This document shows, in pieces, positions 25,501 through 39,960 of a DNA stretch of 64,000 nt; the stretch's first letter is position 1; each line of letters opens with the position of its first letter. The stretch is from Tubulanus polymorphus (Eukaryota > Animalia > Nemertea), in NCBI RefSeq assembly GCF_964204645.1, contig NC_134033.1:1508131-1572130 (forward strand), in the 5' to 3' direction. A program made the position numbers and the translations under genes. The notes beneath the pieces are model-generated. The model had not been told where the DNA came from. It made no database searches and was given only the letters and a program-made list of their open reading frames with translations.

Positions 25501-28500
25501 AAAATTGGACCAAAAAAAAATTTTGACTTTGTACCCCATTTTTGGGGTGCATATTTTGGGCATTAAAACCTTTATTTGCCCATGAAGATGAATTCCGATT
25601 CAAAATCTGATTGCGGATCCGGAATCTACACCTCAGAATACATATTCCTACCAATTTTAGAAGGAATCAGAGAAAAAAAATTTTTCGCCGAAAAAAAACT
25701 CCTGGACTAACACCTTAGATTTTTGCCATTTTTGGCCAAAAAACCGAATCTCTTCGATTTGCTTGAAATTTTAGTCCTTTATATTCTCAGGGGTGCTGAT
25801 TCCAAATCTGTAATCAGATTTTGAATATCTCGAAAACTCTGGGGTCCAAGGCCTTTTGAAAATTTAGGGGTCCCCCCAAAAATTCGAATTTCTCATTTTC
25901 TGGGCCTCGGATCCGGAAAATTCGTTCAGATTTGCGATCAGCACCCCTTAATACATGGCTGAACGGAATTTCATCAAAATCGGAGACAAAAAATATTTGA
26001 CCCCTGACACTCATTTTGGGAGTAGCCTACCTTAGATTGCCATTTCTCTGATACACCGGTAACTAGACTTAACTCTAACTGTGTATAACTGATTGGTGGC
26101 ATCAAATCTATTAAGTTTCTTTTATATCTTTTAGGATGTTTGTCATCATTAGGATGGAATTATTTTGAGTTAGATGATCAGGATCAGATGAACTGGATAA
26201 ATATGTGTGGGCAGTGTTAGACCTCACCGGGAGGATAAACAAACAAACGAACAAATATTGGGAGAACTTGACTTCAAATTTACTCTTAAGCATTATTCTT
26301 TAATAGTTTCCGAGCATTATTTCTGGTTACAGTGTTAGTGGTAGTTGAATGCACTATTATAGAGAATAAAATTTAATTTGCTTGAAGTTCTTCCTTTGGC
26401 ATGTGAGCCTACCGCTTTACCGGATGCTAATACATTCCGCAGACAAAAGTGTTCTATCAAAAATGGTTTAAAATTCGTTTTAAAAAGACGATCCCCTTCG
26501 AAAAACCTTAAACGATAGTAGAATTATTCATATACAATGGAATCGTATTAGATAATCAACGAAATTCGGCTAAGAAAAATATCTGTATTGCTCGCATGCC
26601 ACAGTAAGATCGCGAGGCTGAGTTAAATATTTACCGTACAGTGCTGCCCCTATGAATAACGACAGCGGAATTTCTGCGAACTAAAATAGCGCATATTTAC
26701 CGCCGGAATTTAAATGTCCTTATTACGTACAATACGGACCAGTGTGTCGTCTAATTCTGATTAAATATGATACTATGAATACGTTCTGAATTTTGTATGA
26801 TATTTCCTTATTTTTTAGGTAACATATTTAATTCTTTTTAGCTAAAATTCACTTACTTATCAATTAATATAGTATTTGTATACTGAATAGATTATTCATT
26901 TTCATTTTTTAATGATAATTTATCATCAGAATTGACAAAATGTCCATATTTTTTCTTCGATAAAGTCTATTTGCGCGCAAATAAACAGGGAACATACAAA
27001 CACCTATCGCTCTCTCCCAGACCATACTAGAAATATCCCGCTTCAAATTAACTCCTTTAAGGCTCATTCTTTTATAGAAAAATTGTTTGGTTCGAACGTT
27101 TCAGAGCAGTTTTCAGAGTTTGAGAATTTTCCTCGGAATCCGGCCCGCAAATCGGTAATTAGTTCGTCCACTCCTGCCGTTCGAAGACTCTGGCAAGCGA
27201 GTATTATGTTAGTTCACGTTTTCCACGCTATCGTTATACATAGGGGCAGCACTAGATGGTCAAGATTAGATCGCACTATTTTTACTGTGGAGCGGGCTCA
27301 ATTCAATCGCTAATTCTTTATTTACAGTGAACTATTCCCTCAATTGATAAAGACTTTAAAGCCGCGCTGATTCTAAATGTACGAATTTTGATATTGGTAA
27401 AAAAGATAAGAATTCATTCATGATATTTTATTTTCATGTCCTCAGGTACACACACTTTAGGGGGACCTCACTCACTCCAGACCCATTCGACAGTCACTGT
27501 CAGTGACTAGTGAGGCCGGGACCTACTCGAATTTAGCCTGAATCAGTCAGTCGTTGTTACTACGAGTTCCGGGTTGTTTAGGGAACGACGGCTAGGTACT
27601 AGACTAACAGGGACCTCACTCGGTGTCAATAACCACTTTCTAGCCTACACGGGCCGCACTACCCTAGCCGCTTGCATTGCACATGGTGCAGGCGATAGTT
27701 TCACCTTCAACTTCCTCCGGCACCACATCTTGTTCAGCAGGTTAAGACCAGCTGACTCGACCAGTTAGTTACACCAGCTTTCTCCCACTGCCACAGGCTG
27801 GGCTCTTGTGTAAAACGAGAATCTGTTAATCCAGTGTCGTGCTGAAAACTGCTGAAAACTTTTGCCTCAGCCTTTACTTTGTCAGAGTAATTGTACTGTT
27901 TTGCTTCCCTTTTCACCCATCCTGCCTCAACCTCATCACCCATCCTCCCTCAACCTCTCACCTCATCCTCCCTAAACCTCACCCCAACCTCTCACTTCAT
28001 CCTCCCTCAACCTCTCACCCCATCCTCCCACAACCTCTCACCTCATCCTGCCTCAACCTCACCCCAACCTCTCACTTCATCCTCCCTCAACCTCATCACC
28101 CCCTCCTCCCCAACCTCTCACCCCATCCTCCCTCAACCTCATCACCCCATCCTCCCACAACCTCATCACCCCCTCCTCCCCAACCTCTCACCCCATCCTC
28201 CCTCAACCTCATCACCCCATCCTCCCACAACCTCATCACCCCATCCTCCCCCAACCTCTCAGTCAGTCTTCCTGTTAATGTAATTTCAATTTTATATTTC
28301 AGGTTTTCCTCTGTCGGGCTGTCGTGTGTAAACTTCATCATGAATACTGGACGTGGTGGACTTCAACTGAAATTCATCACAGTTTTACTTCTTCAGTCAA
28401 CTTCTTCCGGACTACTAGTCAACTAACTGGACTACAAGTCAACTAACCGGACTATTAGTGAACTAACTGGACTATACGTGAACTTACCGGACTATTAGTG

Positions 28501-29760
28501 AACTAACCGGACTATTTAGTCAACTAACCGGACTAAAGCGGATTGATACTCATAAAAAACAGGCAGTGGTGGACTCCAGGAGGTGTGGAACTCTGTATGT
28601 GGATTTGTGGAACTCGGTGGACTACCATTACTGCTAGACAAGGGCTAGTGAGTGTGTGAGTAGAATTTCTTATAAGTTTCCAAAACAATTATGAGAAAGC
28701 AATTTATCTGTAAACACTGTTTACTGCATTTCATAAGAATTGTCAATGTGGTTATTTGAAGCAGCCTGTAATTGTGTTGCAGGAATTATAATACAGGGTT
28801 TTAGTAAGAGCAGGCAATTTCCCAGGCAAATTTCATCAAAATTTGTGACGAAATTAAGGGGGTCAAAACACGAAATCTTGAATATCTCATTTTAGGAACC
28901 TCGGATCCAAAATCTAACCCCATATTCGTAATCAGCACCCCAAAAAACATGTCTGCACTAAGTTTCATTAAAATTGGGCAAAAAAAAAATTTTGACTTTG
29001 TACCCCATTTTTGGGGTGCATATTTTGGGCATTAAAACCCTTATTTGCCCATGAAGATGAATTCCGATTCAAAATCTGATTGCGGATCCGGAATCTACAC
29101 CTCAGAACACATATTCCTACCAATTCTAGAAGGAATCAGAGAAAAAAAATTTTTCGCCGAAAAAAAACTCCTGGACTAACACCTTAGATTTTTGCCATTT
29201 TTGGCCAAAAAACCGAATCTCTTCGATTTGCTTGAAATTTTAGTCCTTTATATTCTCAGGGGTGCTGATTCCAAATCTGTAATCAGATTTTGAATATCTC
29301 GAAAACTCTGGGGTCCAAGGCCTTTTGAAAATTTAGGGGTCCCCCCAAAAATTCGAATTCCTCATTTTCTGGGCCTCAGATCCGAAAAATTTGTTCAGAT
29401 TTGTGATCAGCACCCAAGAATACATGTCTATACTGAATTTCATCAAAATCGGAGACAAAAAATATTTGACCCCTGACACTTATTTTGGGGGGAGTAGCCT
29501 ACCTTGTATTGCCATTTCTCTGATACACCAGTAACTTTACTTAACTCTTACAATGTGTATAACTGATTGGTCGCCTCAAATCTATTAAGTTTCATTTATA
29601 TCTTTTAGGATGTTTGTCATCATTAGGATGAAATTGTTGACGTTTGTGTTTGATGATCAGGACTACATCAGATGAACTGGATAAATATGTGTTGGCAGCG
29701 TTAGACCTCACCAGGAGGATAAACAAACAAACGAACTCATATTGGGAGAACTTGACTTCA
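22575..29760 (+). repeat. Tandem segmental duplication (units about 22575-26275 and 26276-29760)
   Basis: Collinear shared blocks, e.g. GGCATGTGAGCCTACCGCTTTACCGG (about 22720 and 26398), GTTTTCCTCTGTCGGGCTG (about 24730 and 28303), GGAGAACTTGACTTCA (about 26261 and 29745). Indels differ between copies. Confidence 0.95.
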
Positions 29761-29919
29761 GTTATAGTGAACTTTATGTCCACGAGGACTAACTATGTGA
29801 TGACTTTGCTGCTGATGGGATAAATATCTGTTTGAACTAAAAACTGTAAAACTGTAAACTACTGACGGCATCTACAATCTGCAACGGGGAACATAGAAGT
29901 TCAGGTGATATACAATCCC

Positions 29920-30290
29920 CTCTCTGTCTCTTTCTATCATCTCTCATCTCTCACTCTCTCATTCTCATCTCTCTATCTCATTCTCATCTCTCATTCTCAT
30001 TCTCATCCTCATCGCACTTTCTCATTCTCATCTCTTTGTCTCATTCTGATAGTCTCATTCTCATCTCACTCTCTCATTCTCATCTCTCATCGCACTTTCT
30101 CATTCTCATCTCTTTGTCTTATTCTCATAGTCTCATTCTCATCTCATTCTCATCTCACTCTCTCATTCTCATCTCTCATTCTCATCTCTCATTCTCATAG
30201 TCTCATCCTCATCTCTCTGTCTCATTCTCATCTCTCATTCTCATAGTCTCCATTCTCTCTCTCCTTACTCTGGTCTCATTCTCCACCATC
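29920..30290. repeat. (TCTCAT)n-like simple repeat
   Basis: Directly visible. Confidence 0.9.
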
Positions 30291-30407
30291 TACGGGTTGT
30301 GATAGGAACTATGTAGTTCCTGTCTCGCCCGGTAGATGGCATTATTTTTTTGATAAAATTTGCTTAAGCAATGGATAAATATGAGTTCCCCTGCATGCTG
30401 TCAGTAC

Positions 30408-30471
30408 GTCCCTATAGCGTAGTGGGTAGGGTGCTGGACTGCTAGTCGAATGGTTGGTGGTTCAAATCCCA
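30408..30471 (+). mobile_element. tRNA-like SINE head fragment
   Basis: TAGCGTAGTGG (A-box) and GGTTCAAATCC (B-box); no 3' acceptor strand. Confidence 0.55.
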
Positions 30472-30854
30472 TATTTATATTTTATTGTTGATTAAATAAA
30501 ATGTTGAATTGGTTGTTGAATAAATAAAATGTTGAATTTTGATTTTGTTCGTTTCAATAAAATGTTGAATTTTACTTTTGCAAACAAGCTGTAACAAATT
30601 CCTACTTTGAATTTGGAATAAATCCTTTGATTTGTACTTTGCGTTTGTCCTTTCCTTTTTGACTTTGTCCTTTTTGACTTGAACGTGAGCGGAAGAGTCC
30701 TTTCCGGGGCAAGTGGAAGTTGTGAGAGGGAACAGTCCTTTCCGGGGTAAAGTGCCCGAGACAAAGAGATTTTATTAAAGAGAGCATTTTATATATGGAC
30801 GTTTATTTATTTACGTTACGTTACGTTACGTTACATGCGGCAAAACGAAATAAT

Positions 30855-31327
30855 GAGTAGAGTCTGCGTCTCGAGGTTTGAAGATGGTGCTGTAGTCGGA
30901 GTAGAGTCTGCGTCTCGAGGTTTGAAGATGGTTCTGTAGTCGGAGTAGAATCTGCGTCTCGAGGTTTGAAGATGGTACTGTAGTCGGAGTAGATTCTGCG
31001 TCTCGAGGTTTGGAGATGGTTCTGTAGTCGGAGTAGAGTCTGCGTCTCGAGGTTTGAAGATGGTGCTGTAGTCGGAGTAGAGTCTGCGTCTCGAGGTTTG
31101 AGGATGGTACTGTAGTCGGGGTAGAGTCTGCGTCTCGAGGTTTGGAGATGGTTCTGTAGTCTGAGTAGAGTCTGCGTCTCGAGGTTTGAAGATGGTACTG
31201 TAGTCGGAGTAGATTCTGCGTCTCGAGGTTTGAAGATGGTACTGTAGTCGGAGTAGAGTCTGCGTCTCGAGGTTTGAAGATGGTACTGTAGTCGGAGTAG
31301 AGTCTGCGTCTCGAGGTTTGAAGATGT
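30855..31327. repeat. 44-bp minisatellite, about 10.7 copies
   Basis: GAGTAGAGTCTGCGTCTCGAGGTTTGAAGATGGTACTGTAGTCG, head to tail with no spacers. Confidence 0.96.
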
Positions 31328-32742
31328 TGATGTAACTCAAATATTGCCGGCTGATAAACAAATCGGATAATCGTCAAGCTAATGAAGAAGATTGAATATG
31401 CAAAATGTACGGATGGGTGTAGTTTAATATAATTACCTTATCTTAATGTAAAGATACCGAAACAGCAAAATGTGGGTTGATGCGGTTCCCAATGCAGCAG
31501 CAGCAGCAGACTAGTCCAGGACGTTGCGACAAACGAGTTGTGTACATGTAGTTGTCAGTAGAAGCGAACTGGTTTCGGTTTAACCCTAAAAAGACACAAT
31601 ATTCATAATGTATAAATGTGTGTGAAATTGAACATCGGAAATCAGCGACAACAGCAAATTAGCCGTCATCTGTTTGTTGTTGAAATCCGACATCAACAGC
31701 AGCAGCGACACCAGTAACAGCAGCAGCAGTATCGGGATCTCCTCCGCAATCGTCAGCACCAACAGCCGCCAGTCTCATCTTGCGTTCTCAATCGCTAGGC
31801 GTCACAAATTCCTTCACGTTCCAGTCTCTCCTAACATCATCAGCCGCTAATTAGAAGGTTGTTTGCTTGAAGCCACACGTTCTTCACGCCTTGTTGCAGA
31901 GCTCTTATGGGTCGACCTTCATCACTGGACATCGGTTCTCGGACTGGCGTCGGGAGGCTCGAACCGCGCTTCTAATACCTACGTCGACCAATCAACGACG
32001 GTGCATCATCGATGCGACCGGAATGGATCAATCAGAAAGCTCGATCGCGCATTCCTGTGACAGACCCGAGTCCGTGACGCTAATCCGACAGAACCATTCA
32101 ATTCGAGCCAAACATTTTCAATGGGGCCTACAGGTCATCGAGTTTAATTCGACTATTCATAGAGGCACATATTGTTTAAGATAGAAATATCGAATGCTAC
32201 GATTTTAGCCTAAAATTGTATGCTGAAATTTTATCTAAACTATCCAACAAACTTTAGTGTAGATTTCCCTTCTATTTACGTCTGGTTTTGAACTATAATA
32301 CCGGCTCAATTTTACTATTTTCGAGTTTTGCTTTAGGATATCGAAGTTTGCTTAAGGATTTGTGCAGTCACGCGGCACTATTGTGTAGTAGAGCGTATGA
32401 CAGGTCTCCAGAGAGTAATTCTCTATTGGATAGAGTCGTTTTCAATCCGAATTTATACACAAGCTCACCAGACATCGCCGCGTACACATCTTCTTTAACT
32501 GAAATCTGGTGAAGTTAAAAAATTATCAAAGTTTTATCATCAGTTGAGAAAGAACTGTGATTGATCACCGCGCGCACTGCTTGCACCGAATAGTCGCTTG
32601 GATTTCTTCAGTTCGAGGAATTGAATAAATATAAAAAGATTTTCCGAACCCTCACCACTAAACTTAAAATAACAAACTAATATCGTAAAAAAGTCGAAGG
32701 TCCCTGGGGGAATTACTCCGCAACCTGGACCGGTATTGTGGG

Positions 32743-32972
32743 ATAAATAAATAATTCAGCCAGAAACGACTGAATTAAACATAATTTACCCCACACCAGT
32801 TATTCTGTAGGACTCACGCATTAGCAACCTCATTCCAGGGAGGACAGTACTCTCGACTCGCCCGCTTACCGGAGATCATTTGCCACATCCTGACCCGCCT
32901 CCTCCGAGACTCGAACCCGGGCCACAGCGGTGACACGCTAGTCGCCGACCGACTAAGCCATCCGGTCCGCCC
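32743..32972 (-). mobile_element. tRNA-derived SINE
   Basis: On the minus strand, A-box TGGCTTAGTCGG and B-box GGTTCGAGTC, followed by a unique body and an AT-rich end. The 3' boundary is approximate. Confidence 0.7.
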
Positions 32973-34696
32973 GATTGTGACAGGAAAACATTCGAACATA
33001 TTCCACGGCCATTCACATTCGGACAAAAGACCATGACGTCACAATGGTCAACGCCGTGACGATGTCGACTCAGACTGAAATCGCCCGTTTCTGACCAAAC
33101 TTGCAGCTCCAGAGTCTATATCTTGAATCTCTACAAATATATACTGATCGTTGCAGCATATTATTAGGCCTAGATACGACGGGTGGTTTTTGAATTTGAG
33201 AGTTCTAAATAGCGTATTTTCCGTTTCAAAAATCCAATATCCTAAATCCCCACAAAACTCTACGTGCGTCTCGTATGACAGCCGATCTGACTCATGTACA
33301 GAATATATATAGACTAATCACGTCCCGGTCACGGCCATGGTTCCAGTTAAGTCGTGCGCGACACATTTTGTTCAAATACGTATGCAACTTGCGCCTCTTA
33401 ACCCTTAAAAAACTTCGATTATAGTTAAGGAATGATTATTTTACTTTTAATATCACTATCATCAACGGCCAAAACCATTCCTTGGCCATTCATTGTCGAA
33501 CGAAAGTTGGGCTCGGCTGATAATGGTTTTCGCCCCACATAACCAAACTAACTTTTGAAATAATCAAACCTTTAGAAAGAGGGGTATCCCAGTACAGGTA
33601 TGCGAGTACATCCGAGCCGAATATAGAAGGAAATCCCCCACCTGTTTGGTACTCTTTCTCCAGGCGAAAAAGTCCAGAAAATCCCTTGTTTTATCATCAA
33701 TCTGTCTCTCAGGACCAATGGATTTGGGGTCCCTCTTCATTACAAATATGGTCTGATGCCTGACTGGATAAATGGATGACTGGTGACCGAATGACCGAGC
33801 GACTGATTGATGAGATATTCTTAACAATACAATCTAGGAAATGCAGAAATCACAGAGGACCCTTAAGGCGGGGATCTGAGACATAGACCTCTGGACCCCG
33901 TCAATAACTGTGCAAAATGAATGAAGCGTATTCGAAGGAGAAAATGTGGCACCAGACTGAATCATACGTATTACTTATTCAGTAATCCAATACGCACTAA
34001 GCCTCAGAAATGGTGATCGATGGTGGTTTTAATTCCGGGAAGCAGTATTTTCCTATGGGGGCAGGAGAAATTCTCCGCTTCATTCTCCGGAGTAAATGGA
34101 TAGATGATTGATATCGTAGCCAGGCCTGTAATGTGGCCGATTTTATAGGCAGTTTGCTTTCCCTATAGATAAAAGTTTCCTTAAAATGTGGACTTTTAAG
34201 TGGACCTTTTTGAAAAGGCGCTCGAAGGTAAAAACGGAGCCTAGTGACTTATGTGTTAGCAATGCAAGGCTCCCTACGGAGTCCAACGCTAGTCCTAGGT
34301 ATCTGTAGCACTATAAGATCGGGTAGGACATACGGCAAGCCTAGGATTTTATTCATTTCCAGCAAATTCATTTTTCAGAGCGAACTGTTTTGGGTCTTCC
34401 GGCGGTTTGTCGTAAACCACCTGAACTATCCCCCCCCCCCACTCCGCTGCAGGCCCGGTTGTTCGGAAGTTACTACTCCCCAGTCACTACACAGATTATA
34501 GGCTAGAGATAAAATGTTAATACCAGTCTATGCGTGTCACTGGTCAGTATATAACCGCAGTGTATAGATTTTTAAAAAAAGAGCAAAAAACAACCCTCTA
34601 AATTTGGGAAACTTATTTTATTCAATTCCTCGAACTGAAGAAATCCGAGCGACTATTCGGTGCAAGCAGCGTGGGATAACCTCATGTCGATCTTAA

Positions 34697-35632
34697 TCAG
34701 CATTTCAACAACTGAACGAACTTTTCTCTAAATTGCTTGTTCACAATTATATAAAGAATAAGATTTATACAAGAATTGATGATCGATGTAACCAGATAGA
34801 ATGTTAATACGTTTAAACCGCGCCCGAGGACGTAGCGTCCACCGATTTTACCGAGCAAACCTGGAAATTCTAAAATCGTGAAAATGATACTCATTGTAAG
34901 CACCATTTTCGTGGCTTTTGCCATGCCCTTTTGCGGTTTCGGATCGCTAGTTGTGGCGGTCAGATCTTGCCTACGCGTCGTTTTAACGTGTAATACAATT
35001 AAAAGAGCTATATTCGCTACGAAAACTAATAGATTCTGTATGAAAATACGGAAGATCGGGTCGATGTATCGGTTCATTAGTAGAAAGACACTGTCACGCG
35101 CAAATGATGCTTTGTAATGAGGACCGAGCTTCGATGTGGGCTGATAGATTACACGCATCGTGATCGGGTAATACGAACACATAGCCACAGAAAAGACACA
35201 CGCGAATAAGATAAGAAAATTTATCCTATATCGTACCTTCAGTAGAAAAATGATAGTCACTAATCTTTCGCATTGAATAATTACAGTTAAATAGTTACGA
35301 AACATTTGAAATCCGTTATTCAACATTGTCAGCCATATGTAAATGTACGGGGAAATTCGCGGCGCTACGAAATAAATGATCATATCACCGCACGTGGCAT
35401 AGTGAATATAAAACCGCACCGGGTCCTGAATGAGTTTCGTCACCAGAAATATGATATCGACAACAGCGAGACATTTCAGTAAATAGATGCAGCGATTTTT
35501 AGTTTTCAGTTTGACAAATACGACAATGATCATCGCGTTTAAACCAACACCGACCGGGATTAGAGGCGGCAATACATATGCGGCCAAAATCCATTTGTCG
35601 ACGTACGACCTCTTGAAAATCGTTGCGTTCAT
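34697..35632 (-). CDS. Intronless rhodopsin-like (class A) GPCR, FMRFamide/peptide-receptor-like invertebrate family
   Basis: 311-aa ORF with seven hydrophobic segments. TM1 PVGVGLN; TM2 YLLKCLAVVD; TM3 ending QCERL (DRY variant); TM6 ATKMVLTMSIIFTILEFP; TM7 NSCINLILY (NPxxY variant) followed by helix-8 NKQFREKF. Confidence 0.9.
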   Translation of the reverse strand: MNATIFKRSYVDKWILAAYVLPPLIPVGVGLNAMIIVVFVKLKTKNRCIYLLKCLAVVDIIFLVTKLIQDPVRFYIHYATCGDMIIYFVAPRISPYIYIWLTMLNNGFQMFRNYLTVIIQCERLVTIIFLLKVRYRINFLILFACVFSVAMCSYYPITMRVIYQPTSKLGPHYKASFARDSVFLLMNRYIDPIFRIFIQNLLVFVANIALLIVLHVKTTRRQDLTATTSDPKPQKGMAKATKMVLTMSIIFTILEFPGLLGKIGGRYVLGRGLNVLTFYLVTSIINSCINLILYIIVNKQFREKFVQLLKC

Positions 35633-36368
35633 CCTCGTTCTCTATGATAGAACTGATGAATTAAACTAAACATTTCATCAATAGATAAATGCAGCAGTTT
35701 CTTGTATTCAGTTTTACAAATACAATTACGACCATAACGTTTAAACTGACACAGCTGCTGACTGATTGAATTAGTCGTTCCTATGGTTTGACGACAACGC
35801 GCCGAAATCAATCGTCCAGAATAAGTTCTAAACTAAACTACGATAAGATGAATATTATATACTAAATCATGACGACCAATGAACAAGTACCATTTCCATT
35901 TTTAGAGTATGTATCTAAAATTTTGAGTATTGACGGAATAAATAATATAATGAACGTAAAGTTAATGTGTGTTTCTATTTTTTTGTACGCTACAGGAATT
36001 TAAAATCAATGTAAAGCTATGAAACAACAAACAAAAGAAAAATGAAATTCAGGTGCTTGTTCTAAACAACAATCGCATCTCGAAACCTACGCCATCAATT
36101 CATATTGTAAAGGACATCTCTCGCTGAAGAACGTATTCTGCCGAAGTGTCATCGGGGAAGGCCTATCTTAGTGTTTGATATCATGATGTTTTTGTGAGTT
36201 GTAATTATTCCGGCGTGAGTGAGGACGTTTTGACCGACGAAAGCGAGGACGTTTTGACCGGGTCTGCGAGGACGTGTTGACCCGACACCACTTATAACAT
36301 CTATAACCCCTAACGTAACCATAAGTATAAGCCCATCCGATTGTAAAAGCTTACCACCAACGATTAGG

Positions 36369-38834
<2,466 letters not shown>

Positions 38835-38902
38835 TTATTGCTCACAAATTTGCGAAGAGCAACTAACTACTACTAGATAACTAACTATACTATGATCCCT
38901 AA

Positions 38903-39960
38903 CTAAAACTTAAAGTACTCAGAGGTCGTGGCTACAAAGACCGCGAACTGCGACACATCAAAAGCCAAGCTCTACGGCACCACGCCGAACGAGATCTACG
39001 AGAACAACAACGGGCCAACGAACCGCCGAAAAAGCGTTTACCGCTTATCTTACCTCACTCCGAAGCCAACAGAACCCTAGCCCGTAACATCCGAACCAGA
39101 TTTACGGAACTGGCTACGGCCACCGGCCGGTCGGACGAGGTAACCACGGTCACCGCCTACACCAAGCAAAAGAGTCTCAAAGATCTCCTAACTTCGTCGC
39201 AGCTCAAACCCACGGAGCCACCCCCTCCCCGAGTCCCCTCTTCACCGCATCGTAACAGAAATACTTCCGTTGTTTCCAATTCTTCTATTTCCAGGTCTAC
39301 TCAAAGAACTCCGACAACCCGACGTCGAGGCACCAAGAAATGCAGAACACCGAGATGTCGTACGTGTCCACTCATCCGAGAAACAACCGTTTGCCGCAGC
39401 CACAACAAAATGCACGCGATCCGCAGCACAATCAATTGCGCGACCCGTGAAATTGTATACTGCATCGAATGCACCAAGTGCAACATGCTGTACGTCGGCC
39501 AAACCGGAATGTCTCTACGAGAACGCGTCACGCATCACGTCTCACGCATCAGAACGAAGAATTCGACTCCAGTCTCGGACCACTTCAACCAAGTCGACCA
39601 CACCCGCGAACACTTTCGGGTGTACGGTCTCCAACACCTACCAGGCTCCACGAGACCGATCCGCGAAGCAGCCGAACAACACTGGATACGACGACTCGAC
39701 ACGAACAAGCCCCGAGGCATGAACGTCCCGTAGACCGCCTCACTACAACAATTAACTTTTACTACTTTTTTTACAGGGATAACCCGCTGCCCGTGCACTA
39801 GTGGGGTCTCCAAACCTTCGGTTTGGTCCCCTAACCTCTATCTCTAAACCTAACCCCGCCCCGATTCCCGGCCATTATGAGTTTTCCGGGGTAGTCTAGA
39901 GAGGCCAATGAAAACCCCGGTTTGCTGAACTACCCCTCTTTGCGGGGATGCGGTATGATG
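38903..39960 (+). mobile_element. 5'-truncated Penelope-like retroelement (Neptune-type: RT thumb remnant, Cys linker, GIY-YIG endonuclease) plus 3' region
   Basis: Uninterrupted frame 38903-39733: LRGRGY (end of thumb), AYTKQKSLKDLLTSS linker, CRTPRCRTC Zn knuckle, INCATREIVYCIECTKCNMLYVGQT..LRERVTHH..VSDHF..AEQHWIRRLDTNKPRGMN (GIY-YIG). RT core is absent. The 3' boundary is approximate. Confidence 0.9.

Noticed and set aside
21406-28426. Pro/Ser/His-rich ORFs at 21406-21931, 24148-24705 and 27839-28426
   Set aside because: Open in several frames because of C-rich minisatellites; no domain or consistent splice context.
30826-31377. 183-aa and 176-aa repetitive ORFs, and a CRISPR-like look of the 44-bp repeat
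   Set aside because: The unit length is not a multiple of 3, the same peptides cycle through all frames, and there are no spacers. It is a minisatellite.
39885-39925. Hammerhead ribozyme in the Penelope 3' region
   Set aside because: GAAA and a possible stem III are present, but I could not find a CTGANGA core.
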